Assembly (NCBI RefSeq): GCF_050320075.1
Contig: NZ_CP190022.1
DNA length: 64,000 bases
Reading direction: 5' to 3' (one strand)
Origin: Escherichia coli
Lineage (GTDB): Bacteria; Pseudomonadota; Gammaproteobacteria; Enterobacterales; Enterobacteriaceae
Part shown: piece after piece, positions 49,742 through 59,377 of the stretch
How the letters are laid out: every line of letters starts with the position of its first letter
How positions within the stretch are numbered: position 1 is the stretch's first letter
The notes under the pieces: generated by a model
What the model saw: the letters and a program-made list of their open reading frames with translations, nothing else
Database searches by the model: none
Told to the model about the DNA's origin: nothing
Program-made: the position numbers and the translations under genes

Positions 49742-50445
49742 GTGAATATCTCCGAAGTGCGGAAAACGGAATCAGGGAGGAGGGTTAGTGCATACAGTGA
49801 TGCGCAGAGAAACGGGGCGAACGGCAGTGCCTGCTGATGTCTGTGACGGCAGAAGAGGAGGATAAACAGAAATGCCCCGGAAGCTGCGGCGGTGATTAGC
49901 AGCGGCGTGTGTTGTGGCTGTGTCCACATTGCAATTCCTGCTATCAGGAATACATCACCAAGGCCGAGTGCTTCTGTTCCTTTTGCCGTTATGAAAAACT
50001 GCCGTAGCAGGTATGTCATGCCGAACCAGAGTGATGCGTTGAGGAGGCTGTATGTGAGCTCCTCCAGGCTGTACCTGAACGCTGCCCCCAGAACAATCAG
50101 TGAAAGCGTGAATATCCGGGGAAGCCGACAGACGGCGATGTCCGTCAGCGTCATTACAGTTAATAATCCCGTCAGAATGGAAAGGAATAACAGCCCCGTG
50201 GCTTCAACACCATATGCGCCGTTGAGGCTGACACTCACTATGGCCAGAAGGCAACACACGTACACCACCGGCCTGGGCGGCCGGGTGTCGTGTACTGCTG
50301 ACAGGTAGAGAGCGGCGGTGATGTATGCAAGATAAAGAATAACCGCCAGGATGATGATTATTATTGTCATGCTCAGTAATGCGCTCACCGTCACCTCGTA
50401 TTTATTAATATTGTCTGAAATACCGGTTGTGGATTTTTCGGGCAT
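49738..50445 (-). CDS. pilU: PilU prepilin peptidase
   Basis: Polytopic membrane protein with ALGLGDVFLIAGIAMW motif. Confidence 0.65.
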   Translation of the reverse strand: MPEKSTTGISDNINKYEVTVSALLSMTIIIIILAVILYLAYITAALYLSAVHDTRPPRPVVYVCCLLAIVSVSLNGAYGVEATGLLFLSILTGLLTVMTLTDIAVCRLPRIFTLSLIVLGAAFRYSLEELTYSLLNASLWFGMTYLLRQFFITAKGTEALGLGDVFLIAGIAMWTQPQHTPLLITAAASGAFLFILLFCRHRHQQALPFAPFLCASLYALTLLPDSVFRTSEIFT

Positions 50446-50881
50446 ATATCATGCGCCGGGCTGTGTTATTTTTGCTGAAACCGGCGTTATAGCTGCCCAG
50501 GCATTCCCAGTTAACGCCGCAGCGTTGAAAATGGCGGGCCAGTATCCAGGCACCGGTATGAATATTCAGGCAGGGCTTTTTAAGCAGTTCATCCTTGTTT
50601 TTAATGACGCCCAGTTTTTTCAGTTCAGGAATATGCACTGAATTAATCTGCATTATTCCGTAATCCGTACTGATGATTTTTCCGGATTTGTTTTTATTGT
50701 GATTTATCGCAGTGGCGACCAGGCCGCTTTCCTGCTGTGCAATGGTTTTCAGAAGCTCAGGGGCAATCAGGTAACGTTTTCCGGCCTGAATAAAACAGGA
50801 ATCGAGATGATTATTATTCATCACAGATGCGATTGATGTGTTACTGAATAAAAGCAGGACAGAGAGATATAACCATTTCAT
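50405..50881 (-). CDS. pilT: PilT lytic transglycosylase
   Basis: Signal peptide; SLT-domain motifs AQQESGL and DYGIMQIN. Confidence 0.65.
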   Translation of the reverse strand: MKWLYLSVLLLFSNTSIASVMNNNHLDSCFIQAGKRYLIAPELLKTIAQQESGLVATAINHNKNKSGKIISTDYGIMQINSVHIPELKKLGVIKNKDELLKKPCLNIHTGAWILARHFQRCGVNWECLGSYNAGFSKNNTARRMIYARKIHNRYFRQY

Positions 50882-50939
50882 TATGATAATCCCGGCAGTG
50901 ACAGCATCCTCTGGTATTTAAGGATGCTGTCCGGAAACA

Positions 50940-51476
50940 TTAGCTGTTTGTTTCAAGGGTGATGTTATTTTTGTCGTTACTACATACTGTTACGGGATCC
51001 ACAGTAGCCGGGGCGGTATTCATGATTTTGGTAAACATGGATGAACTGCGCAGGCTGTTAATGAGTTCCACGCAATTTTCTTTCGGTACATTATTGCTGG
51101 TAATCGTATAACCATACTTGTCTGCCGTTGCCTTAATGGTGACATCACCGCCCCAGGCATTTTTGGCCTTGTTACCACCGGCGATCATATCAGCCGGCAG
51201 GGAACCACTCTGCGTCAGCGTTTTGATATAATCACTGCTGGTATATTGTCCCTGGAACTTGTACTGCTTCATTTTGGTTGCAATGGTCTGCAGGTTTTTC
51301 ACTTCGCGCTGGTTATCACTGGATGACATGGTACTGGACATCTGACTCATTGCGAGAACAACCACAATACCGATAATAATCAGTGCGCCGGCAACTTCCA
51401 GTAAGGTTAAACCTTTATCCTCCTCTTTCTCTTTTTTTAAAGCAAAATAAGAATAAAGACATGATCTGAAGTTCAT
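50940..51476 (-). CDS. pilS: PilS type IVb prepilin
   Basis: Long leader, then GLTLLEVAGALIIIGIVVVLAM prepilin motif. Confidence 0.7.
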   Translation of the reverse strand: MNFRSCLYSYFALKKEKEEDKGLTLLEVAGALIIIGIVVVLAMSQMSSTMSSSDNQREVKNLQTIATKMKQYKFQGQYTSSDYIKTLTQSGSLPADMIAGGNKAKNAWGGDVTIKATADKYGYTITSNNVPKENCVELINSLRSSSMFTKIMNTAPATVDPVTVCSNDKNNITLETNS

Positions 51477-51525
51477 ATATCACTCCTGGTTTATGGGATG
51501 TTTCAGAAATATTCTGTATGCGGGA

Positions 51526-52626
51526 TTATTGTTTCAGCATGTCGCTGATACTGTAGATGGCAGATATCATGTTAAGAATAAAAAAGAAGACAAAAACTCC
51601 TGATATACCGGTAATAATTAATCCAATTCGTTTTACCCGTTTTTTTGCTTCCTCCAGCCACTGATCGGCATAGAGTGCCATGGTTGCCACACTGTCCTCC
51701 CTTTCGGAGTTCAGGAGCAGTTTATTGATGCATATTCTGGACGGAAAATCGTAACCGGAATTTCGCATTGCTGTGGCCAGATTCTGACCGGATAATACAT
51801 GTTTTCGTATTGCCTGAATTCTCTCCTTTAACCATTTATTCTTTTCTGCACCTTTTTCCATTCGGAGCAGCGCCTGCGAAAGAGGAATATTAATCTGCAG
51901 CATGGATGAAATACTGAACAGATAATTCACCCCGTGTAAGGTCTGATACAGTGACCAGGGGGGAGCCTTGTCCAGCATCCTCCGGCCGGGGCCGGTATAC
52001 CGGCTGAATGAAAAACGGATCAGAAGCGTCAGGGCGAAAATGGTCCCACAGAGCCAGAATCCGTACCCGATGAAAAATTCCGACATGCCGGCAAGCAATT
52101 TCATCTGGAATGACCATTTATCTTCTGAAGCAAACGCACTGACGATGGGGATGATACGGGTATGGGCGTTGTACATATTCACCACACAGAGCGAAAGCAG
52201 CAGAAGGGGGTAGAGGCAGACGGCAATGAGGCTGGATGTCATTTCCCGCCGGGCTTTAACGGTTCTGGCCACCTGGAAAAGGGCGTCGGCAATATTCCCG
52301 CGCTCTTCCCCGTTTCTGATTAACGTGGCTTCCTCCGGTGGCACCCAGGTGAACAGGGCACCGGATAACATGCCGCTGGCTTTGATGGACGCGATGCATT
52401 CTTTTGCCAGAAAATACATGCCGGATGTGCCTTTCTTTTCACCAAAATCGGTTTCGATCTCGCAGAGAAATTCGAGGGCACGCAGGGACGGCGTTCCGTC
52501 ACGTATCATGCCGCCCAGGGCTTCGTAGAACTCCACCCGGTTCAGGGCAAAGGTTTTTCTGGCCATCCAGATGGTCAGCGCTGTCAGCTCAATGTCGGTG
52601 CTGTTGAGTTTTTCCAGAAATTTCAT
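51526..52626 (-). CDS. pilR: PilR inner-membrane platform protein (GspF/PilC-like)
   Basis: Start moved to MKFLEKL, 1 nt after the pilQ stop (366 aa); polytopic. Confidence 0.65.
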   Translation of the reverse strand: MKFLEKLNSTDIELTALTIWMARKTFALNRVEFYEALGGMIRDGTPSLRALEFLCEIETDFGEKKGTSGMYFLAKECIASIKASGMLSGALFTWVPPEEATLIRNGEERGNIADALFQVARTVKARREMTSSLIAVCLYPLLLLSLCVVNMYNAHTRIIPIVSAFASEDKWSFQMKLLAGMSEFFIGYGFWLCGTIFALTLLIRFSFSRYTGPGRRMLDKAPPWSLYQTLHGVNYLFSISSMLQINIPLSQALLRMEKGAEKNKWLKERIQAIRKHVLSGQNLATAMRNSGYDFPSRICINKLLLNSEREDSVATMALYADQWLEEAKKRVKRIGLIITGISGVFVFFFILNMISAIYSISDMLKQ

Positions 52627-52627
52627 A

Positions 52628-54136
52628 TCAGTGCAGCAGCGTATAGCTGTCCTCATCGACGGGAGAGATGTAATGGGCCGCCAGCGGATCAACCTGTCCG
52701 CTGTTGATTTTTCCCAGCAGATGCTGATTACGGGTCATTCCGCCCAGTTCCCGGTGCCAGTAGGTTCTGGCCTCGATACGCCCCTTTTCCCGGTACAACT
52801 GGAAAAAACGCGCATCCGGGGAGATAACTTCTGCGATCACCGTTCGCCCCGTCACGCCACGCCAGCAGTGCGGGCAGCCGTCATGGTTTCGCAGATATAC
52901 CTGGTCCGGGTTACAGACGCTTTCCACCAGGCGCCGTTCATCATCCGTGCGCTCGGTAGCCACCTCATGCCAGGGGCGACGGCAGTGCGGACATATCAGC
53001 TGAACCAGACGCTGGCTCAGCAGGCCAATGAACAGTTGCGGGTCGGCAATCATCCTGGCCTGTACCCCCTCCATCTCAAGACGTTCGAGGATGTTAATCG
53101 GGTCGTTCGCATGAATGGTGGTCAGCATCAGATGGCCGGTCATGGCGGCTTTTATTGCCGTAATGGCGGAATCGTGGTCGCGGATTTCACCGTTCAGGAT
53201 CCCGTCGGGGTCAAGACGCAGTGCCGATTTGATGGAGTCCACCCAGCCCTGCGCGGTATCCATGACGGCGGTCTGAATGGCACCGGGTATACGGCCCTCT
53301 GGCGGGGATTCAATGGTGAACAGCCTGCGACGGGGCAGAAGAATACCGCCGGTATTGTTGAAGCCGTACTGTTCAAGGTACGCCGCAGAGGCGGTTCTCA
53401 GCGTGGTGGATTTTCCTGAGCCGGTGGGGCCTGAGAGCGTGATAATGCCTTCAGGGCGCTGCAGAATGCGGCGAAGAGTGCGCTCCTGGTCAGGGTGATA
53501 GCCCAGCATACTGAAGGTCGGGATTTGCTGACTGTCATCCTTGATCAGACGGAGCACAGCATAGAGGCCGCCCACACAGGGGTAGTGGGAGTAGCGTGCA
53601 CCAAACAGACCGGCCAGTTTCAGATACTGCTCTGAAAGACGTGCATCCTGAGGCACCCCGGGATCAAACTGTGTGCCCTTGATAACATCGGTCATGCCGG
53701 AATAGGTGGCCCCCAGTAATTCGAGGCCTTCTTCTTTCCGGAGGATATCGAGCACTTCCAGTTCGCCGTGAACCCGGGCTTCCACATAGGTGAAGTCCGT
53801 GTTGTCTCGTCCCGGGGTCATATGAAGGTCTGAGGCACCAAGAGAGGCAGAATGGCGGATATAGCCGAGCATTTTTTGCTGTACCGGGTTAATGACGCTT
53901 TCATCACCGGCGGTTGTGGTGTCCTGTCTGAGGCGGGCTATCACATCCAGGGTGGTGAATTCAAAGTCTCCCACACGCCCCTGATGACGTGCGCGCAGGC
54001 GGGTCAGATATTCCTGGACGGCACGCAGATGTTTTTTTCCCTCCACGACCCTGACCCGCAGATGACCGGTTTTATCTGTGTCGATAGCCACATAATCCAG
54101 AATGTCATCCGGTGGCAGGTCTGCAGGATCCAACAT
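52628..54136 (-). CDS. pilQ: PilQ pilus assembly ATPase (GspE/PilB family)
   Basis: aaggagg RBS; Walker A SGPTGSGKSTTL; Cys tetrad CPHC...CPHC. Confidence 0.85.
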   Translation of the reverse strand: MLDPADLPPDDILDYVAIDTDKTGHLRVRVVEGKKHLRAVQEYLTRLRARHQGRVGDFEFTTLDVIARLRQDTTTAGDESVINPVQQKMLGYIRHSASLGASDLHMTPGRDNTDFTYVEARVHGELEVLDILRKEEGLELLGATYSGMTDVIKGTQFDPGVPQDARLSEQYLKLAGLFGARYSHYPCVGGLYAVLRLIKDDSQQIPTFSMLGYHPDQERTLRRILQRPEGIITLSGPTGSGKSTTLRTASAAYLEQYGFNNTGGILLPRRRLFTIESPPEGRIPGAIQTAVMDTAQGWVDSIKSALRLDPDGILNGEIRDHDSAITAIKAAMTGHLMLTTIHANDPINILERLEMEGVQARMIADPQLFIGLLSQRLVQLICPHCRRPWHEVATERTDDERRLVESVCNPDQVYLRNHDGCPHCWRGVTGRTVIAEVISPDARFFQLYREKGRIEARTYWHRELGGMTRNQHLLGKINSGQVDPLAAHYISPVDEDSYTLLH

Positions 54137-54232
54137 AAGGCCTCCTTACGGGCAGCGGCGCCCGGAAAATATGTTTTCTGTTATTAAGCGAGGGAAATAA
54201 TCAGTTCTTCTGCGGAGAGAATCTGGACATTT

Positions 54233-54907
54233 TCAGCACAGGCTTAACAGTGTAAAAATGATTACGCCTCCAAAAGCGAATAACAGGGGAATGTTTTTCT
54301 CCGGCTGTGTTGATCTCAGCGTTAATACCGGTGTGGCGAGAGCGTAAAAAATAATACCTGCGGTATAAATAAAATAAGGTGTGATGCCGGACAGATTACA
54401 TACACTGGCGAATATCATAAGCATGACGGCAACTACCGATAAAATAATGGAAGTATTCTTCCATTCACCAGATGGTGTAAGTGAAATGATATCGCCATCC
54501 TGTTTATAGTTCGTGTTCAGCTTCAGGAAATGACGGATATCTTTCAGCGTGTTCAGTTTCTGCTGGATCTCTTCCACAAGTTCCTGTCTGTCGGTTTTTT
54601 CACGGAGCAGCTGGAATTTTGTCTCCCTCAGTACAGATATAATACGGTCCACCTGGCCGGGGGAGGGATAGTAATGATGTTCGAGCATCCACCGGATATC
54701 GGCGATTAACCGGTCAGTTACCGGTGTATTACCGTTGTTAATGAGAGGTGTTTCGTGCATCCACTGAAATATGCGGTAGATATGTTGCTTAACAAAAATA
54801 AAATCATCGGTGGTTTTATTCTCCAGCATGAGATATATCCCGTCGAGTGTTAATAATAAAACGTCCCGGGTGTGAGGTGATTTGTGATGTATTGTACGGA
54901 ATATCAT
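54233..54907 (-). CDS. Hypothetical membrane protein (224 aa) between pilP and pilQ
   Basis: Soluble N-terminal ~140 aa then three hydrophobic helices; lower GC than flanking pil genes. Confidence 0.45.
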   Translation of the reverse strand: MIFRTIHHKSPHTRDVLLLTLDGIYLMLENKTTDDFIFVKQHIYRIFQWMHETPLINNGNTPVTDRLIADIRWMLEHHYYPSPGQVDRIISVLRETKFQLLREKTDRQELVEEIQQKLNTLKDIRHFLKLNTNYKQDGDIISLTPSGEWKNTSIILSVVAVMLMIFASVCNLSGITPYFIYTAGIIFYALATPVLTLRSTQPEKNIPLLFAFGGVIIFTLLSLC

Positions 54908-54924
54908 TTCTGCACTGTAATCGT

Positions 54925-55479
54925 TTACGCAGGTGATATATCACACCAGAGTAAATACAGCGGAATGAAGCTGTAGAGTGACCAGAAAAGCCCGACGGGA
55001 TCTTTTGCCCACAGGCATAAGAATGTCAGTCCGGTGCACCATGCGCCGGCAAGTGCCGCGCATAATTCAGCGCCTCCGGAATTGCCGCTCTTCATCATAT
55101 AACAGAGCGCGATCAGCAGTGGGATAATGAAGACGAGCGGCAGGACAAAGGATTCGGCTGCGGATATCCATTCCCGGTAACGCCAGCGGTCGTTTAATCT
55201 GTCGGCATCATATTTCAGACAGTTGCTCAGGAACGCCAGATCGTTCATGAGGGGGGCGTCCTGGCCATACTGCGCCGCGAGGCGCATTCTGGCACCCCAC
55301 AACCGGGCACTCAGGGCACGGAGTTGTGCCGGGGTGACCTGTTTTCCCCGACAAAGTTGTACCTGTAATTGTGTTGCCTCGTGGACAATATCTGTGTGGT
55401 TCACCCCATATTCTGCAGCGGCTGTTTCCAGGTCACGGATGATCAGGCTGAGCCAGGATATCAGTTCACTGATGTTCAT
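54925..55479 (-). CDS. Hypothetical membrane protein (184 aa) between pilP and pilQ
   Basis: Soluble N-terminal ~100 aa then hydrophobic helices; same architecture as its neighbour. Confidence 0.45.
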   Translation of the reverse strand: MNISELISWLSLIIRDLETAAAEYGVNHTDIVHEATQLQVQLCRGKQVTPAQLRALSARLWGARMRLAAQYGQDAPLMNDLAFLSNCLKYDADRLNDRWRYREWISAAESFVLPLVFIIPLLIALCYMMKSGNSGGAELCAALAGAWCTGLTFLCLWAKDPVGLFWSLYSFIPLYLLWCDISPA

Positions 55480-55527
55480 TGTCGTTCATCCTTTTGTACG
55501 GACAGCCGCCTGTACTGGCGGCCGGTT

Positions 55528-55980
55528 TCATGGTCGCAGGGTTTTTCTGATGCCGGACTGCTCCAGTACCACACTGTCCGGTGTGATTTTCTCCACGAGA
55601 TAAGGGGTTCCGGGGATGTTCTGGCCCGTCTTCACATCGGTGATGTGTCCACCCGAAAGTTCTATCCGGGCGCTCAGCTGAGGCTGTACACCAAATATTT
55701 CTGTCAGACGGGGGGATGTCGCCGTCGACGGGGCAGTCGGGATGGCGGACGTGCTTTCCTGCGGACGACCGGGCTCTGCGGGAATACCCTGCTCCAGCAT
55801 GCGCAGTTCATGACGGATTTTCTCTCTCGCCAGCATGGCTTCATACAGGGCTGTTTCGTCCTGTATCCGCTCAATCTGCAGTTGCCGGGGACTCTGTTCC
55901 TCTGCGTTTCCGGTTGTGGCCATTGCCGTTGCCGGTAACAGCAGCGCTGAAACCAGAAGGGCTTTTGTTTTAGCGTGCAT
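55528..55980 (-). CDS. pilP: PilP periplasmic pilus biogenesis protein
   Basis: 150 aa with signal peptide MHAKTKALLVSALLLPATAMA. Confidence 0.55.
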   Translation of the reverse strand: MHAKTKALLVSALLLPATAMATTGNAEEQSPRQLQIERIQDETALYEAMLAREKIRHELRMLEQGIPAEPGRPQESTSAIPTAPSTATSPRLTEIFGVQPQLSARIELSGGHITDVKTGQNIPGTPYLVEKITPDSVVLEQSGIRKTLRP

Positions 55981-57265
55981 AATATTTACCTGTAAATTGA
56001 TAGTGGAAACGACCGTTCTCCAGTTGTCGTGTGACAGAGATAAAACGGACAGAAGGCGCCTTCAGACGTTCAACCAGCTGGTATGCCGGGAGTAGCGTCT
56101 GTATCTGAAGGTCATACTCTTTCCACGGAGGCTGGATAATATTTCCGTTTTCATCGGTGACGCTGTTACTGACCTCCTGCCAGTCCAGCGTCAGTGGCAT
56201 TGACTGAGCAAGCGTGGTCAGTTGTTCTTGCAGGACAGAGCTTTCCGGCAGAGCATCAACGTCGACGGGATGTTCAGGCAGGCGGAAGCTGACTGGCAGG
56301 CCAATGCCGCCGGTCTTTCCTTCCGGCATCACAATAAAGGGGCGGGTGCCCGTCATATCACTGATGCGCCGGATGAAGTCAGTCACTGTCGCGCCAGCTG
56401 TATTAGTGTACGAGGCGCGAAGATTGCCGTTGCCGCCGTCAGTTGAACATTCAGCCAGCGAATAACGCCATCCGGCGGCAGACAATGGCAGTGACGTCCA
56501 TATGTCAGCACATCCCTGGATAAAGGCGTCGGTTTCGGGGAGTCCGGGCCAGGGGGGACTGATTCGTTCCTCTGTGGCCTGTCGGGCAACCGCTGCCTGC
56601 GCGGCTTGTTCAGTCTTCCACCGTTCATAATACTGCCAGCCGTACCATGCAGCGCCGAGAAGGGCGATGATCAGCGAGACAGTGATGAACTGCGCTCCCC
56701 GGGATACCGGATTCAGGCGCGCGGCAGCCGGATGTTTACCAGAGCCGGTCAGGGTGGACAGCGGCAGGGCCTGATTCTGAGCGCCTGCTGAAAATGCCAC
56801 CGGTTCATAGCGTGTCCAGCCCTGCTCCGGTTCGGTGTTGATGGAAAGAAAGGTATCCCGGGCTTCACGGACCTCTTCCCCGCTTCCCACCAGGTCACTG
56901 ACGAGAACACCGTCGACAACGGAAACAAAGCTGTAGCGCGGTGTTTCTCCGGGTAACGTCAGTTCCGTGATGGCATAGCCGCCATGTTCAAGTAGTGGCA
57001 GGATCAGCAGGGCGAGGGAGAAGCACTGACGGGGTTTTCCGGGCAGTATGCGGCGACTGACAGTGGCCACCATGGTGTGGGTATCGGCATCTTCATTACT
57101 GAGATACTGACAGGCCAGGAAAAGGTCGGCTTTCTGTGCCCGGGCAAAGTCGCGGGCATGCCGGTACTGTGAGGGCAGTGTTTTCCATTCCAGACCGGCC
57201 AGAAACATATTCCGTCCTGCCGTCAGCGGAAATACCTGCCGCTCTGTCGGTGAAATATCCGTCAC
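55970..57265 (-). CDS. pilO: PilO pilus biogenesis protein
   Basis: 431 aa with central TM helix; synteny. Confidence 0.6.
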   Translation of the reverse strand: MTDISPTERQVFPLTAGRNMFLAGLEWKTLPSQYRHARDFARAQKADLFLACQYLSNEDADTHTMVATVSRRILPGKPRQCFSLALLILPLLEHGGYAITELTLPGETPRYSFVSVVDGVLVSDLVGSGEEVREARDTFLSINTEPEQGWTRYEPVAFSAGAQNQALPLSTLTGSGKHPAAARLNPVSRGAQFITVSLIIALLGAAWYGWQYYERWKTEQAAQAAVARQATEERISPPWPGLPETDAFIQGCADIWTSLPLSAAGWRYSLAECSTDGGNGNLRASYTNTAGATVTDFIRRISDMTGTRPFIVMPEGKTGGIGLPVSFRLPEHPVDVDALPESSVLQEQLTTLAQSMPLTLDWQEVSNSVTDENGNIIQPPWKEYDLQIQTLLPAYQLVERLKAPSVRFISVTRQLENGRFHYQFTGKYYAR

Positions 57266-57285
57266 GATCGTCCTCCTTGTGAAAA

Positions 57286-58905
57286 TCAGATGATATTGGG
57301 CGTGATCAGCACCACGAGAATGGTGTCGTGGTTTTCACTGTTGATCCCACCGCCAAGACCGAAGAATCCCGGCGTGCCTACACCCTGTTTTCCGCTGCGA
57401 CGTCCTGACTGCTGGAAGCCACTGATAATGACCGTCTGCCCGGATTTCAGATCCACGGTCTGATTGATGGTTTTCAGATCCACATTCGGCAGCTGGGCTT
57501 TACTTCCACCGCTTTCATAATTCTCAATAACCGGTTTGTCGGAGAGACTCATGGAATAGAGCAACTGCAGTGTCTGTGAGTCCGGGAGAATGAACGGCAG
57601 AAGGGTCATGTTAAAACCGGTGGTGATGGTGGCCGCATTCAGGGAGGTGGATGAGCCGACATTGGCAGTGGTATCCGTCGTCACACTCTCGATGTAACTC
57701 TGCTGATTGGCGATCTGCATTGGCACCGGCGTCAGGTTTTTGGTGACGGCAGAGTTCTGGGTCACCACACTGACATACCCCTGGGAAGACAATGCTTTCA
57801 GGAAGGCTTTTGAACCGGTGAGTTTACCGTCCACAATGGAAACACCACCTGTGATGGCATCACTGGCTGCTCTGGTGAATGTGCTGCCGAGACTCAGTCC
57901 CAGCGTTCTGTCGCTGAAGACTGCGTTCCAGTCGATACCGGCCTGCTCATTGCGGGTTTTCCGGATACTCAGAATTTCCACATTCAGCACCACCTGACGT
58001 TTCATCTCTTCATTGCGTTTTTCAATGAATGCCCGGACCGTTTCCAGAACCTGTGGATTATCTGTGACGGTGATAAAGCCCGTGGACATGAACATGCGTC
58101 CGATACCCGGGGTCAGCATTGATGTGACCGCATTTTTCACATCCTGATACAGCGCAGACTTCATATCCACGGTGGTGGTCTGGGTATTGCTGGCATCACC
58201 GGAAATGGCATCTGATGCACTGCCTCCTGATGAGCCGTTTGAGGACATGGTGCCGCTGACCACAGTGGCGTTATAGGTCACCTGACTGTCCATATAGGTG
58301 ATGGGGAAGGTCTGTGTCTCGAGATAATAGAAGATGATATGCGAGCCGTCATAGCGCCAGGATATACCGAGACGGGAGGAGACCGCATTCAGCAGGGTCG
58401 TCAGGCCGGAGGCATTCAGTTCAGACAGTGCTGCGGTATTTCCCGGCAGACGGGATGCTGGCGTGTCAGATGCGCCAATGGCGGCAAGGGGAACCATGCC
58501 GCTTGCATCCGGTGGGGGTAACGCGCCCTGGATTTGTTGTGTGCTGCCGGTTGTGGATGTATTCAGGAATGTCAGTACATCAGGTGTGATCCGTACAGGA
58601 ATATGGCAGCTTTCCGTGATCCGCTGAACCACCTGCTGAAGGGTGATGCTCTGACGGGTATGAATGACAATGGGACAACCGGGAACGGTTTTGCCGGTGT
58701 TTTTATCCATGACCGGACGGGGATTGATCCATTGTCGTGATGATTCCTTAACAACCGGCGTCCGGGTTCGCAGATCAGACATCATTTCCCGTGCCCGTTG
58801 TTGTTCCGCAACGGCTTCCTTTCTTGTGCTCTCAAGCTCTCTGTAACTGGCACAGCCCTGTAACAGAGCGGCGGCAATCATAATGGCAAGAATTTTTTTA
58901 TTCAT
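57286..58905 (-). CDS. pilN: PilN secretin-family outer membrane lipoprotein
   Basis: 539 aa; lipobox LLQGC; C-terminal secretin-like region. Confidence 0.75.
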   Translation of the reverse strand: MNKKILAIMIAAALLQGCASYRELESTRKEAVAEQQRAREMMSDLRTRTPVVKESSRQWINPRPVMDKNTGKTVPGCPIVIHTRQSITLQQVVQRITESCHIPVRITPDVLTFLNTSTTGSTQQIQGALPPPDASGMVPLAAIGASDTPASRLPGNTAALSELNASGLTTLLNAVSSRLGISWRYDGSHIIFYYLETQTFPITYMDSQVTYNATVVSGTMSSNGSSGGSASDAISGDASNTQTTTVDMKSALYQDVKNAVTSMLTPGIGRMFMSTGFITVTDNPQVLETVRAFIEKRNEEMKRQVVLNVEILSIRKTRNEQAGIDWNAVFSDRTLGLSLGSTFTRAASDAITGGVSIVDGKLTGSKAFLKALSSQGYVSVVTQNSAVTKNLTPVPMQIANQQSYIESVTTDTTANVGSSTSLNAATITTGFNMTLLPFILPDSQTLQLLYSMSLSDKPVIENYESGGSKAQLPNVDLKTINQTVDLKSGQTVIISGFQQSGRRSGKQGVGTPGFFGLGGGINSENHDTILVVLITPNII

Positions 58906-58935
58906 GGGAGATCCGTGATTTATTCAGATTCGTGA

Positions 58936-59373
58936 CTAATTCATCCAGAGGATGACGTGATCGGGGATCACTGACGGAAGTGTGATGGAAAGCGCTCTGC
59001 CGGCAGTGTCCAGCAGTCGGCCGTTTTCCACCCTGCCGAGCAGAGCAGAGTCATTACTCTGTTCCCTGAGCGCGGCCATCAGGCCCGGGGTTTCTGTGGC
59101 CCAGACAAAAACATGTTGCTGGCTGATGATATGACTGACGGTATCCGTCCCGGGAAGCCCGAGCTGAGCGGATGTCAGCCGACCGCCGGCAGTCCGTCGT
59201 TCCGGATGCAGGTACAGGTAATCATTGATGGCATTCATATAACGAATGAACGTTGCAGCCTGTTGTGAGGTTTCTGCTGCCTGATGACGGTGTTCGCTGC
59301 GGGAGAGCTGACTGGTGAACCAGAAATTGCCTGTGGTCGTGATGACCATGATGAACACGATGAACCAGCCCAT
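58936..59373 (-). CDS. pilM: PilM
   Basis: 145 aa with N-terminal TM helix; synteny. Confidence 0.55.
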   Translation of the reverse strand: MGWFIVFIMVITTTGNFWFTSQLSRSEHRHQAAETSQQAATFIRYMNAINDYLYLHPERRTAGGRLTSAQLGLPGTDTVSHIISQQHVFVWATETPGLMAALREQSNDSALLGRVENGRLLDTAGRALSITLPSVIPDHVILWMN

Positions 59374-59377
59374 AAGG

